Shown here in pieces: positions 41,429 to 51,234 of a stretch of 51,234 nt of DNA. The notes beneath the pieces are model-generated. The model was not told the origin of the DNA, searched no databases, and saw nothing but the letters and a program-made list of their open reading frames with translations. Made by a program: the position numbers and the translations under genes. The first letter of the stretch is position 1. Every line of letters begins with the position of its first letter. Source of the DNA: SAR86 cluster bacterium AG-339-G14 (GTDB lineage Bacteria > Pseudomonadota > Gammaproteobacteria > Magnimaribacterales > AG-339-G14); assembly GCA_003282105.1 (NCBI GenBank), contig QCAB01000004.1, positions 1-51,234 on the forward strand, in the 5' to 3' direction.

Positions 41429-41482
41429 ATCAGATAAATATTGTTCAAATCAATTAACAGTATAAATTATAAAATGTTTTAC

Positions 41483-41510
41483 TTGAATACCAAATCAATT
41501 TAAATAGAAT
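41483..41510 (+). promoter_or_regulatory. Putative sigma-70 promoter of the rpsP operon
   Basis: TTGAAT-N16-TAGAAT, 21 nt upstream of the rpsP ATG; AT-rich context lowers specificity. Confidence 0.4.
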
Positions 41511-41531
41511 AGCCAATCTAATAAAAAATAT

Positions 41532-42122
41532 ATGGTAACAATAAGACTTTCAAGATCCGGTGCAAAGAAAAAGCCTTTTTTTCACATCACGGTCACTGAT
41601 TCTAGAAAACCCAGAGATGGAAGGTTTATAGAAAGAATTGGCTACTTCAATCCTATTGCTAAAGGCAAAGAAGTAAGATTAAAAGTAGATCATGAAAGGA
41701 TTGATTATTGGCTTGGAGTTGGAGCATCTTTGAGTGATAAAGTTGCTCTCTTGGTTAAACAATCTAAATTCACTCCAGAAGAACAAGAAAATTATTTCAA
41801 ATTTAAAGAAGAAAAAAGATTAAAAATTCTTTCTAAGAAAAAAGAAAAAGCCTTAAAAGAAGCTACACCAGAAGCCGAAGCAACTCCAGAAGCGGAAGCT
41901 TCCCCAGAACCAGAAGCCAAAGCTACACCAGAAGCCGAAGCAACTCCAGAAGCGGAAGCTACCCCAGAAGTAGAAGCCGAAGCTGCTCCAGAAGCCGAAG
42001 CAACTCCAGAAGCGGAAGCTACACCAGAAGCGGAAGCCGAAGCTACACCAGAAGCCGAAGCTACACCAGAAGCCGAAGAAGTTAAACAAACTTCAGAAGA
42101 AGGCGAAGAAAAGAAAGATTAA
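41532..42122 (+). CDS. rpsP: 30S ribosomal protein S16 with long acidic repetitive C-terminal extension
   Basis: [29 protein letters not shown]; followed by rimM-trmD-rplS. Confidence 0.98.
   Translation: MVTIRLSRSGAKKKPFFHITVTDSRKPRDGRFIERIGYFNPIAKGKEVRLKVDHERIDYWLGVGASLSDKVALLVKQSKFTPEEQENYFKFKEEKRLKILSKKKEKALKEATPEAEATPEAEASPEPEAKATPEAEATPEAEATPEVEAEAAPEAEATPEAEATPEAEAEATPEAEATPEAEEVKQTSEEGEEKKD
41859..42078 (+). repeat. Coding tandem repeat: 18-bp EATPEA units arranged in a 60-bp higher-order period
   Basis: CAACTCCAGAAGCGGAAGCT recurs exactly at 41881, 41941 and 42001. Confidence 0.95.
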
Positions 42123-42136
42123 TTTAAGCCTCTTTT

Positions 42137-42643
42137 ATGATGACCCAAAATGATGATTACATTTTGGTTGCCAATATAGGAAAGCCAATTGGTTTGAAGG
42201 GCTGGATTAAGATTAACTCTTTTACCAGACCAGAAGAAAATATAAGAAATTACAAAGAATTTTTTTTAGGAAAAAAGAAAGAATTTGTAACCTTTGGTCA
42301 AATCAAGAAATCAGGAAAAAATTTGATAACAAAACTCAATAATTACGATTCAATTGAAGAAGTAGAAAAATTTAAAAACTTTGATGTTTTTATAAAATCT
42401 AGTGAGCTTCCTGAACTTAGGGAGAATCAGTTTTATTGGAAAGATTTAATTGATATGGAAGTAGAAAGCATAGGTGGAGAATTTTTTGGAAAGGTAATAG
42501 AAATAATTGAGGCTGGATCCACTGATGTAATAGTTGTCAAAGATAAAAAAAAGAAGTCCATCTTAATCCCTTTCATCTTTGGCACTTACATAAAAGAAGT
42601 GAAAGAAAATACAATTTACGTTAATTGGGAAAAAGATGACTAA
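42137..42643 (+). CDS. rimM: Ribosome maturation factor RimM
   Basis: IGKPIGLKGWIKI.SFT, FYW.DL, LIPF; operon position. Confidence 0.95.
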   Translation: MMTQNDDYILVANIGKPIGLKGWIKINSFTRPEENIRNYKEFFLGKKKEFVTFGQIKKSGKNLITKLNNYDSIEEVEKFKNFDVFIKSSELPELRENQFYWKDLIDMEVESIGGEFFGKVIEIIEAGSTDVIVVKDKKKKSILIPFIFGTYIKEVKENTIYVNWEKDD

Positions 42644-43418
42644 AAAATCTTACTTCATTTCTATATTTCCTGAAATCTTTGAAACAGCACTAAGAATCGG
42701 AATCACAAAAAAAGCTTTAATCAACAAGATTGTAGATTTTGAAACAATAAATCCTATATCTTTCTTAAAAGATAAAGAAAGGCTGGATGACGTTCCATTT
42801 GGCGGGGGACCAGGGATGCTGATGAAGGCTAATCCCTTAGTAGATGCAATAGACTTTTGTAAGGCCAAAGCTGAAAAAAAAACAAAGGTGATTTATGTCA
42901 GCCCTCAAGGTAAGTTATTTGATCAATCTCTTTCGAAAGAACTTGCGAATGAAAAAGAATTAATTTTTTTATGTGGAAGGTATGAGGGCATTGATAATAG
43001 AGTTTTAGATTCCAGAGTAGATCTAGAAATCAGCCTAGGTAATTTTGTTCTATCTGGCGGCGAACTTGCAGCATTGGCTATTCATGATTCCATTTGTAGG
43101 CATTATGAAGGATTTCTTGGTGATCAGAAGTCGCTTGTAGAAGAAACTTTTGTGAATAATCTTTTAGAATATCCCCAATTTACCAAACCGCGGCAATCAG
43201 AATATGGCAAAGTTCCAGAAGTTTTGTTGAGTGGAGATCACAAAAAAATTTCAAATTGGAGAAAGAAACAAGCCTTAGGAAAAACTTTTCTGAATAGACG
43301 AGATTTAATTGAAAGATCAAAATTGAAATCAGAGGATATTGAAATACTAGAAGAATTTCTTAGTGAACTTGGCTATGATTCTGATAGAATCATCGACTTA
43401 CTCAATGAAATAAGATGA
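42636..43418 (+). CDS. trmD: tRNA (guanine-N1)-methyltransferase
   Basis: [39 protein letters not shown]. Confidence 0.98.
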   Translation: MTKKSYFISIFPEIFETALRIGITKKALINKIVDFETINPISFLKDKERLDDVPFGGGPGMLMKANPLVDAIDFCKAKAEKKTKVIYVSPQGKLFDQSLSKELANEKELIFLCGRYEGIDNRVLDSRVDLEISLGNFVLSGGELAALAIHDSICRHYEGFLGDQKSLVEETFVNNLLEYPQFTKPRQSEYGKVPEVLLSGDHKKISNWRKKQALGKTFLNRRDLIERSKLKSEDIEILEEFLSELGYDSDRIIDLLNEIR

Positions 43419-43768
43419 CTAGTTCAAGAAAATCAGTTGATATCATAGAAAAAATTCAGTTAAAAGCTGATCTGCCAGTATTTTCTCAAGGGGATACTGT
43501 CTTGGTTGATTACCTTGTTAAAGAGGGGACAAGAGAGAGATCTCAACCTTTTGAAGGGGTTGTAATAGGAATCAAAAACAGAGGCCTTAATTCTTCATTT
43601 ATAGTTAGAAAAATTTCTAATGGAGTGGGGGTGGAGAGGACTTTTCAATCACATAGTCCATTAATTAAATCAATTAAGGTAAAAAGAAAAGGTAAAGTAA
43701 GACAATCGAAACTCTTTTATCTAAGAGAAAGATCGGGAAGGTCAGCTCGTATTAAAGAAAAAATTTGA
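43415..43768 (+). CDS. rplS: 50S ribosomal protein L19
   Basis: [30 protein letters not shown]. Confidence 0.98.
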   Translation: MTSSRKSVDIIEKIQLKADLPVFSQGDTVLVDYLVKEGTRERSQPFEGVVIGIKNRGLNSSFIVRKISNGVGVERTFQSHSPLIKSIKVKRKGKVRQSKLFYLRERSGRSARIKEKI

Positions 43769-43774
43769 AGAGTC

Positions 43775-44671
43775 ATGAATAGAGATGAAAGGCAAATTCT
43801 TGATGCCTTTATAGATACTATTTGGATAGAAAAAGGTCTCAGTACTAATACTCTTAACTCATATAAAACTGACGTTGAAAAATATCTAAACTGGATAAGC
43901 AAGAATGCGTTGTCTTATAAAAATTTAACGCGATCAAATATCCTAGAGTATTTAGCATTTCTCTTTGGGCAAAAAAAAGAAGGCAAGACAGTTGCAAGAA
44001 ATTTATCATCTCTAAAAGCTTTTCACACTTATTTGTTACAAAAAGGTCTAGTTAAAAACAACCCTTGTGAAAAAATCGAAAGTCCAAAATTTGTAAAATC
44101 ACTCCCTAAATCTTTGTCTGAGAGTCAAGTTGAAAACCTACTCGAAGCACCTGATATAGATTCATTTATAGGGTTAAGAGACAAAACAATGATAGAAACT
44201 CTCTACTCTTGTGGTTTGAGAATTTCTGAACTAGTAAATCTTGAATTAATTCATGTAAATTTAAGACAAGGCGTAATAAGAGTTCTTGGAAAGGGTCAAA
44301 AAGAGAGATTAGTTCCAATGGGACAAAGATTAGTTATTTTGATTGAAATGTATAGCAATAAATTGAAAGAAGAAAAAATTGGAGAAACCTCCAATTATCT
44401 TTTTTTATCAAAAAATGGAAACAAAATATCAAGACAGGCGTTTTGGCATAGAATAAAAATCTATGCCGACAAAATTGGTCTCAATCAATCAAAAATATCC
44501 CCGCACGTTTTGAGACATGCATTCGCAACTCATCTTTTAAATAATGGTGCTGATTTAAGGGTGGTTCAACTTTTACTTGGCCATAGTGACCTTAATACGA
44601 CACAAATTTATACTGAAGTTGCAAAACAGAGGTTACAAAATTTACATTCAACTCATCACCCAAGAGGATAA
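43775..44671 (+). CDS. xerD: Site-specific tyrosine recombinase XerD
   Basis: GLRISEL, GKGQKERLVP, SPHVLRHAFATHLLN.GADLRVVQ.LLGH..L.TTQIYT, HHPRG end; xerD-dsbC synteny. Confidence 0.96.
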   Translation: MNRDERQILDAFIDTIWIEKGLSTNTLNSYKTDVEKYLNWISKNALSYKNLTRSNILEYLAFLFGQKKEGKTVARNLSSLKAFHTYLLQKGLVKNNPCEKIESPKFVKSLPKSLSESQVENLLEAPDIDSFIGLRDKTMIETLYSCGLRISELVNLELIHVNLRQGVIRVLGKGQKERLVPMGQRLVILIEMYSNKLKEEKIGETSNYLFLSKNGNKISRQAFWHRIKIYADKIGLNQSKISPHVLRHAFATHLLNNGADLRVVQLLLGHSDLNTTQIYTEVAKQRLQNLHSTHHPRG

Positions 44672-45382
44672 ATGCGTTATTTATTAATTTTATTTTTAAT
44701 GCTTATATCTTGTAGCAAGAGTCTTCAAGACCAAGAGTCTTTGATTATTAATTTAGAAAAAGTTATTCCAGAAGAATTATCTATAACTTCCTTTATTAAA
44801 TCTGACTTAGAAAGTTTCTATGAAGTCGAATTATCCGACGGAACATTCTTTTATTACAGTAACGATGGGGAACATTTATTCCTTGGCGACTTATTCCGTA
44901 TTGAAAAAGATAATTTATTAAATTTATCTTATGCTCGTGAGAAAGAAAAAGTATTATCTGTTTTAAATGATCTTGATAAAAATTCTGTAATTAAATTTCC
45001 TTCTCAAGATAAGAAATATGAAGTTTTTATATTTACAGATGTTGATTGTGGTTACTGTAGAAAATTTCATAGTCAAATTCAGAGTTACTTGGATTTAGGA
45101 ATTGAAGTTAATTACCTCTCTTTTCCTAGAGAGGGCCTTAATAGTGAGACAGCTAAAAAACTTGTAACTGCTTGGTGCTCAGACGAAAAACAAGTTGCGA
45201 TAACAGAGTTAAAAAATGGAAAAGAACTGCCTTTTCAAAATTGCGATTCAAATCCTATAGAAGAGCATTATAATCTTGCAAGGAGAATAGGTATTACTGG
45301 GACACCAACTATTATTACTAAAGCTGGGATCAGTATACCCGGACTTATGGAAGCAAATGAATTAATGGAATACTTAAAATAA
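44672..45382 (+). CDS. dsbC: Disulfide isomerase DsbC (lipoprotein-like signal peptide)
   Basis: FTDVDCGYCRKFH, FPR, GITGTP. Confidence 0.93.
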   Translation: MRYLLILFLMLISCSKSLQDQESLIINLEKVIPEELSITSFIKSDLESFYEVELSDGTFFYYSNDGEHLFLGDLFRIEKDNLLNLSYAREKEKVLSVLNDLDKNSVIKFPSQDKKYEVFIFTDVDCGYCRKFHSQIQSYLDLGIEVNYLSFPREGLNSETAKKLVTAWCSDEKQVAITELKNGKELPFQNCDSNPIEEHYNLARRIGITGTPTIITKAGISIPGLMEANELMEYLK

Positions 45383-45385
45383 ATT

Positions 45386-46561
45386 ATGAATGAGTTAGAT
45401 AAAACTTTTGCATCAATTGACAGGCTTCCACCTTACATTTTTGAGCAAATAAATGCTTTGAAAATGGAGGCAAGAAGAAACGGGGAGGATATCATTGATT
45501 TCAGTATGGGCAATCCAGATGGAGAGACTCCCAAATCTATCGTTGATAAGATGACTGAAACAGTTCAAAGAGTTGACACACATAGATATTCTCAATCAAT
45601 AGGTATACCTAAATTGAGATTAGCAATTACCGATTGGTATAAGAGAAAATTCGGAGTTACTTTAAATCACGATACCGAAGCTATAGTAACTATTGGCTCA
45701 AAAGAAGGTTTAGGGCACTTAGCAATGGCAACTGTTGATAAAGGAGACATAATTTTAGTTCCTAATCCTGCATATCCTATTCATCCATTTGGATTTGTAA
45801 TATCGGGAGCAGATATAAGACATGTGCCTATAGGACCTAATATTAATTTTTTTGAAAATTTAGAAGAAGCAATTAAAACTTCTTTTCCTAAACCAAAAAT
45901 GCTTTTGTTGAATTTTCCAAGCAATCCTACTGCATTGTGCGTTGAGAAAGATTTCTTTGAAAGAGTTATTGAGATAGCTAAAGAACATGGTATTTGGGTA
46001 GTTCATGATTTAGCTTATGCTGATTTATGTTTCGACGGATATAAAGCTCCCTCTATTTTAGAAGTTGAAGGTGCTAAAGAGATTGCCGTTGAGTTTTTTA
46101 CTCTTTCTAAAAGTTACAATATGCCAGGATGGAGAATAGGTTTTTGTTGTGGGAATCCAGAATTGATCAAGGCACTAGCTAGATTAAAATCTTATTTCGA
46201 TTATGGGCATTTTACTCCCATACAAGTTGCTGGAATAGAAGCACTCAACAATGGCGACGAGTACGTTAAAGAGATATGCAATACTTACGAAGCTAGAAGA
46301 GACGTTCTTTGTGATGGATTAAATGCACTTGGTTGGGAAGTTGACAAACCAAAAGCAACAATGTTCGTTTGGGCAAAAATACCGAAAAAATTTGATATGA
46401 AATCAATGGAGTTTTCCGAACTTCTTTTAAAAGAATCAAAAATAGCAGTATCACCAGGACTAGGATTTGGTGTTTACGGAGATGATTATGTTAGATTTTC
46501 CCTAATTGAAAACGAACATAGAACTAAACAAGCTTTAAAAAATCTAAAGAAGATATTTTAG
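45386..46561 (+). CDS. alaC: Alanine transaminase AlaC-like PLP aminotransferase
   Basis: RLPPYIF, GSKEGLGHL, HDLAYAD, LSKSYNMPGWRIG, RFSLIENEHR. Confidence 0.88.
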   Translation: MNELDKTFASIDRLPPYIFEQINALKMEARRNGEDIIDFSMGNPDGETPKSIVDKMTETVQRVDTHRYSQSIGIPKLRLAITDWYKRKFGVTLNHDTEAIVTIGSKEGLGHLAMATVDKGDIILVPNPAYPIHPFGFVISGADIRHVPIGPNINFFENLEEAIKTSFPKPKMLLLNFPSNPTALCVEKDFFERVIEIAKEHGIWVVHDLAYADLCFDGYKAPSILEVEGAKEIAVEFFTLSKSYNMPGWRIGFCCGNPELIKALARLKSYFDYGHFTPIQVAGIEALNNGDEYVKEICNTYEARRDVLCDGLNALGWEVDKPKATMFVWAKIPKKFDMKSMEFSELLLKESKIAVSPGLGFGVYGDDYVRFSLIENEHRTKQALKNLKKIF

Positions 46562-46565
46562 TTAG

Positions 46566-47834
46566 ATGCAAAAAATAAATATCGCCCTATGTGGGACAGG
46601 GAATGTTGGCTCTTCATTTATTGATTTAATTTTACAAAGTAAAGAAAAAATTAAATCTAACTACAATGTTGAACTCAATCTAAATTTAATTGGATCTCGT
46701 AAAGGTAAAATAAATAATTCAGATTTCAAAGGAAAGATTGAAACGGATATTTTAAAAGTCCCAATGTCTAATGAAGTAGATATTATTGTCGAGTTGATCG
46801 GTGGAACAGAAATTTCTTATGAACTAGCAAAGCTAAGTTTGAAAAACGATAAGCACTTTGTTACTGCAAATAAGTCTTTGATTGCGGAGAAGGGTCAAGA
46901 ATTGTTTAAATTAGCTTCAGATAGGAATCTACATATCGGTTTTGAAGCCTCTGTGGGAGGAGGTATACCAATATTGAGGACCATTAGAGACGGTTTAATA
47001 TCTAGCAAAATTAATTGGTTCAAAGGAATACTTAATGGAACTTCAAATTATATTTTGTCTAAAATGTACTTAGAAAAACAAACCTACGAAGACGCTTTAA
47101 AATCAGCTCAAAAACTAGGTTTCGCTGAACCTGATCCATCATTAGACATAAATGGGACAGATGCTGCACAGAAAACAGCTATTTTATCTTTCTTATCCTT
47201 CAGTGGGAAAATTTCTCCTCGGGATATTTTTTTTGATGGAATAAAACATATCGAGCCCATTGATATGGAATATGGGAAAGAACTAGGATATGTGATTAAA
47301 CCAATATCAATTGGATTTAACGAAGAAGAAAAATTACTTTTAGGTTCTTTCCCCGCGTTTATTCAACAGGATGAAATTATTGCAAATGTAAACTTCGAAA
47401 CAAACGTCATAGAAGTTAATTCAAAAAATACTAATTCTACAGCTTTCCAAGGACCCGGCGCAGGAGGATATCCTACTTCAAGCTCTGTGATGAATGACAT
47501 TTTAGATATAGCTAATGGAAAAGTTTTTGATTATTCAAACCTTATGAGAAAAATCGAAGTTAATAATTTCGATGAATTTATAACAAAAAGATATTTGAGA
47601 TTAATGGTTAAAGATGAATCCGGAGTAGTTGCTGAAATATCAAAACTGATAGCTGAAAAAGATCTATCAATTGATAATTTAATTCAAAAAGAAAAAAATA
47701 AGACTGAAGATATAATTCCAATAGTGATTATGTTGGGAGAATGTAAAGAAAGCCTTGTAAGTTTGCTTATTAACGAATTAGAGAATCTGAATCAGGTAAA
47801 AGGCTCTATTCAACACATTAGATTTATTGAATAA
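46566..47834 (+). CDS. hom: Homoserine dehydrogenase with ACT domain
   Basis: G.GNVG, VTANK, EASVGGGIP, GILNGTSNYIL, GFAEPDP, GPGAGG.PT. Confidence 0.96.
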   Translation: MQKINIALCGTGNVGSSFIDLILQSKEKIKSNYNVELNLNLIGSRKGKINNSDFKGKIETDILKVPMSNEVDIIVELIGGTEISYELAKLSLKNDKHFVTANKSLIAEKGQELFKLASDRNLHIGFEASVGGGIPILRTIRDGLISSKINWFKGILNGTSNYILSKMYLEKQTYEDALKSAQKLGFAEPDPSLDINGTDAAQKTAILSFLSFSGKISPRDIFFDGIKHIEPIDMEYGKELGYVIKPISIGFNEEEKLLLGSFPAFIQQDEIIANVNFETNVIEVNSKNTNSTAFQGPGAGGYPTSSSVMNDILDIANGKVFDYSNLMRKIEVNNFDEFITKRYLRLMVKDESGVVAEISKLIAEKDLSIDNLIQKEKNKTEDIIPIVIMLGECKESLVSLLINELENLNQVKGSIQHIRFIE

Positions 47835-47836
47835 AT

Positions 47837-49219
47837 ATGTTGTATTCAAGCACAAGAGGAAACTCTCCTTCTGTTAATTTTCTTGAAGTGCTTACTTCAG
47901 GAGTTGCTCCAGATGGAGGATTATATTTGCCTGAAGAAATTCCTCTATTCAACAAAGATGAATTGAAAAGTTACGAAAGTTTTACTTACAATCAGCTTGC
48001 ATTAAAACTTCTTCATCCTTACATGGATGATTTCTTAGAAATAAATGAATTAGAAAAAATAATTGAGGACGCTTATTCTGCCTTTCGCATTGAAAACGTA
48101 GTGAGAATAAATAATCAAAATAAGTTTGGAAATATTCTTGAGTTATTTCATGGGCCAACTTTTGCTTTCAAGGACGTTGCGATGCAACTTCTGGCAGGAC
48201 TTCTTAATAAAGCTTCCGAAAAAATCAATAAAAAAATTGTAATTCTTGGGGCTACTTCAGGTGATACGGGTTCAGCTGCTATAGAAGCATGTAAAAGATA
48301 TTCAGATTTAGACATATTTATTTTTTTCCCAAACAAGAAAATTTCAGAAGTTCAGCAAAGACAAATGACAACATCAGGAGCAAAAAATGTAAATACAATT
48401 GCATTGGACGGAGATTTTGACGATTGTCAAAAATATGTGAAACAACTTTTTTTGGATCAAGAAAACTTTCCAGGCTTAAGGTTCGTTTCAATAAATTCAA
48501 TTAATTGGACAAGAATAATTTCTCAAAGTGTTTATTTTTTTTATGCTAACTATCTCTTAAACCATAATTACATAGCCTCAATTCCATCAGGTAATTTTGG
48601 ACATGCTTACGCTGGTTGGCTAGCATCTAAAATGGGCTTAGATTTGCAAGGTATTCATATAGCTACCAATAAAAATGACATTCTGCATAGATTAATTTCT
48701 TCTGGTACATATCAAAAAAATGAAACTATAAAATCCTTGGCTCCGAGCATGGATATTTCAGTTGCAAGTAATTTTGAAAGACTGATGGTTGAGATTTTAA
48801 ATCACGACAGAGATGTTGTTTATGACTTAATGAAGAAATTTCCAGGAAATTCGATAGATTTTAATGAATTCCAAAAATGGAAAGAGGTGAAAAATTTTTT
48901 CCTGAGTAGTTCAACAACAGACGATGAGATAAGGCAATGCATAAAAAAAATAGTTTCAGAAGCGAATTATTTTTTAGATCCTCATACAGCTACAGCCATA
49001 GATGGACAGAGTTCGTTAAAAATAAATCAAAAAGAGATTCTTACTTTTGCAACCGCACATCCAGCTAAATTTCCAGAAGCCTTTGAAGGTATTGACGGTT
49101 TTAGTGAAAATATTCCTATTTCTTTAAAAGAGATTTTTCAAAAAGAAGAGAAATTAATTAATATTAAAAATAACTACCAAGAAGTAAGTGATTATATTTC
49201 ATCAATGTGTTCAATTTAA
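47837..49219 (+). CDS. thrC: Threonine synthase
   Basis: Y.STRG, LELFHGPTFAFKD, ATSGDTGSAA, PSGNFG, ATAHPAKF. Confidence 0.97.
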   Translation: MLYSSTRGNSPSVNFLEVLTSGVAPDGGLYLPEEIPLFNKDELKSYESFTYNQLALKLLHPYMDDFLEINELEKIIEDAYSAFRIENVVRINNQNKFGNILELFHGPTFAFKDVAMQLLAGLLNKASEKINKKIVILGATSGDTGSAAIEACKRYSDLDIFIFFPNKKISEVQQRQMTTSGAKNVNTIALDGDFDDCQKYVKQLFLDQENFPGLRFVSINSINWTRIISQSVYFFYANYLLNHNYIASIPSGNFGHAYAGWLASKMGLDLQGIHIATNKNDILHRLISSGTYQKNETIKSLAPSMDISVASNFERLMVEILNHDRDVVYDLMKKFPGNSIDFNEFQKWKEVKNFFLSSSTTDDEIRQCIKKIVSEANYFLDPHTATAIDGQSSLKINQKEILTFATAHPAKFPEAFEGIDGFSENIPISLKEIFQKEEKLINIKNNYQEVSDYISSMCSI

Positions 49220-49224
49220 ATGAT

Positions 49225-50320
49225 ATGAGTGATAAGTCCTTACAAGAAAGATTAAGCATGGCAAGAGATGAACTTAGCGATCTTAGGGGGTTTCTTTGAC
49301 TACGATGCAAAAAATCTTAGGCTTGAGGAACTCAAAAAAGAGTTCGAAAATCCTGAGTTATGGAAGAATCAAGAAAAAAGCCAAACTTTAGGGAAAGAAA
49401 AAGCTAGTTTAGAGAAATTAATAGTAGATATTGATGATCTTCATGCTTCTTTGAATGATTTAAGTGAGCTTCACGTTATTTTAGATAAAGAAAATGACAT
49501 AGATGAGTTAAATTCTATTTCTGAGGATTTGAAAGATTTAGAAAGAAAAATATCAAGCCTTCAATTTCAGAGAATGTTTTCAGGAAAAAATGATTCCAAT
49601 AACGCTTTCTTGGATATTCAAGCTGGTTCAGGAGGCACAGAGGCTCAAGATTGGGCAGAAATGTTATTAAGAATGTATCTAATGTGGGGCGAAAAGAAAA
49701 AATTCAAAACAGAACTAGTAGAGGTCTCTCCTGGAGAGGTAGCAGGTATAAAGAGTGCTACGATAAGATTTGAAGGAGAGTTTTGTTATGGTTGGCTCAG
49801 AACTGAAACTGGGGTTCATAGATTAGTTAGGAAGTCTCCTTTTGATTCTGGAAGCAGAAGGCATACTTCTTTTGCATCTATTTTCATTTCTCCTGAGATA
49901 GAAGACAACATTGAGATAAATATTGATCCATCTGATATTAGAATCGATACTTACAGAGCTAGTGGAGCTGGAGGTCAGCATGTTAATAAAACAGATTCAG
50001 CAGTTAGACTGACGCATGAACCGACTGGAGTGGTAGTCCAATGTCAATCAGATAGGTCACAGCATAAAAATAAAGATAAGGCCATGAAACAGCTTAGAGC
50101 TAAACTATATGAGTTAGAATTAAATAAGCAGGATGAAGAAATGAAGAATTTGGAAGATAGCAAAGCTGACATTTCCTGGGGCAGTCAAATAAGGTCGTAC
50201 GTTTTAGATTCAGGAAGAATAAAAGATTTAAGAACAGGCATGGAAACGGGAAACTGTTCAGCAGTTTTAGATGGAGAGATAGATCTCTTTATTGAGGAAA
50301 GCCTAAAAGCTGGAGTTTAA
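49225..50320 (+). CDS. prfB: Peptide chain release factor 2 with programmed +1 frameshift
   Basis: ATG 49225 [24 protein letters not shown], then CTT-TGA-C; the +1 frame continues DYDAK; SPF and GGQ motifs. Confidence 0.97.
49285..49300 (+). promoter_or_regulatory. RF2 autoregulatory frameshift cassette
   Basis: AGGGGG-TTT-CTT-TGA-C: internal SD, 3-nt spacer, slippery codon and UGA. Confidence 0.95.
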
Positions 50321-50321
50321 A

Positions 50322-51234
50322 ATGTCAGATATTCAAGATGAAAATCACTTAATCGAAGAAAGAAAAAAGAAACTAAAAGAACTTAAAAAAAACGGCATAA
50401 ATTATCCAAATTCCTTTAGAAGATCAAATCTGTCTATGTCTTTGATTGAAGATTACTCAGAGTTCACCAAAGAAGAATTGTCCGAAAAAAATATATCTGT
50501 CTCTGTGGCAGGAAGAATAATGTTGAGGCGAGTTATGGGCAAAGCCAGTTTTTCTACCATTCAAGACATGACCGGCAGAATTCAGCTTTATTTGCGACAA
50601 GACACTATTGATAATTATGAGCTTTTTAAAGATTGCGACCTTGGAGATATTATTGGAGCAAAAGGAGTTTTATTTAAAACTAATACTGGCGAACTCTCTA
50701 TTCAAGTTAATGAATTTAATTTATTAACTAAATCTTTAAGACCCCTGCCGGAAAAACATCTTGGATTGTCTGATGTAGAGACAAAGTATAGGAAAAGATA
50801 TTTAGATCTTTTAACAAATTCAGTGTCTCAAGAAGTCTTTGAAATTAGAAGTAAAGTGGTAAATGAAATCAGACAATTCTTGATAAAAGATAACTTTATA
50901 GAAGTTGAAACTCCGATGATGCATCCAATACCAGGAGGCGCAACAGCCAAACCCTTCGTTACTCATCACAATGCCCTAGATATGCAGTTATTTTTAAGAG
51001 TAGCTCCAGAGCTTTATCTAAAGAGACTTGTAATTGGGGGCATGGAAAAAGTTTTTGAAATCAATAGGAATTTCAGAAATGAAGGACTTTCAACAAAACA
51101 TAATCCAGAATTCACAATGTTAGAGTTTTATACCGCTTATGTGGATTATAAATTTCAAATGGATTTTGTCGAAAATATGCTCCGAACTATAGAGAAAAAT
51201 TTGAGCACTGATAATTTAATTTTTTCAAATAAAT
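50322..51234 (+). CDS. lysS: Lysine--tRNA ligase (3'-truncated by window edge; missing from the ORF track)
   Basis: My translation: MSDIQDENHLIEERKKKL...VAGRIMLRRVMGKASF...LRPLPEK...EVETPMM...RNFRNEG...HNPEFTMLEFY; prfB-lysS synteny. Confidence 0.97.
   Translation, partial: MSDIQDENHLIEERKKKLKELKKNGINYPNSFRRSNLSMSLIEDYSEFTKEELSEKNISVSVAGRIMLRRVMGKASFSTIQDMTGRIQLYLRQDTIDNYELFKDCDLGDIIGAKGVLFKTNTGELSIQVNEFNLLTKSLRPLPEKHLGLSDVETKYRKRYLDLLTNSVSQEVFEIRSKVVNEIRQFLIKDNFIEVETPMMHPIPGGATAKPFVTHHNALDMQLFLRVAPELYLKRLVIGGMEKVFEINRNFRNEGLSTKHNPEFTMLEFYTAYVDYKFQMDFVENMLRTIEKNLSTDNLIFSNK

Noticed and set aside
41422-41453. Short direct repeat GTTCAAATCA, two copies, upstream of the CNNM gene
   Set aside because: Two 10-mers in AT-rich DNA, one overlapping the start codon; not enough to call an operator
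40926-41465. 179-aa plus-strand ORF
   Set aside because: Almost entirely antisense to the well-supported CNNM gene
41859-42078. Repeat array as a possible CRISPR
   Set aside because: No unique spacers, in-frame coding, period a multiple of 3, no cas genes
41853-42089. Minus-strand ORF of FGFWCS repeats
   Set aside because: Antisense shadow of the S16 repeat; no independent signals
43775-44671. Tyrosine recombinase as a mobile-element integrase
   Set aside because: XerD-specific motifs and conserved rplS-xerD-dsbC context indicate the housekeeping gene
49268-49297. ORF-track N-terminus [10 protein letters not shown] for RF2
   Set aside because: Artefact of the +1 frameshift; the true start is 49225

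Overview
Low-GC, gene-dense chromosomal segment with almost no intergenic DNA. Gene content and order point to a streamlined marine gammaproteobacterium (SAR86-like; the taxon is my inference). Layout: (1) 1-4246, the very AT-rich tail of a surface-polysaccharide cluster (GT4, Wzy-like, GT4, GT2) followed by a pgl-like gene; (2) rnd, a broken methyltransferase, a phosphoesterase, an SCP-x-type thiolase/DUF35 pair, and djlA-doxX-pdxH; (3) thrS-infC-rpmI-rplT-pheS-pheT-ihfA-merR; (4) an accessory acyl-CoA/stress patch around tRNA-Pro(GGG) with a cupin, a stand-alone carboxyltransferase, an orphan exported protein, a broken CoA-transferase, GST, Hsp20, a Coq4-like gene and PsiE; (5) tusA, a nucleotidyltransferase-cupin fusion, MATE, an acyltransferase, pdxB, msrB, and murJ-ribF-ileS-lspA-ispH-dadA-ampD-yajQ-ampG-vanZ; (6) groES-groEL, a puuD-like gene and a CNNM transporter; (7) rpsP-rimM-trmD-rplS-xerD-dsbC-alaC-hom-thrC-prfB (+1 frameshift)-lysS (partial). 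I found no CRISPR array, prophage, integrase, IS or defence system, and no clear multi-gene novel system. The most interesting signals concern translation: a ~28-nt thrS leader that is a single tRNA-Thr(CGU) anticodon-arm mimic covering the RBS, an apparently mosaic ThrRS, an ATG-started infC behind a mini-ORF while another gene appears to start at ATT, PheT lacking its OB-fold domain, S16 with a 60-bp higher-order repeat tail, a CDS whose stop codon lies inside a tRNA, and two pseudogenes with internal deletions. All family calls come from motif recognition; no searches were run.
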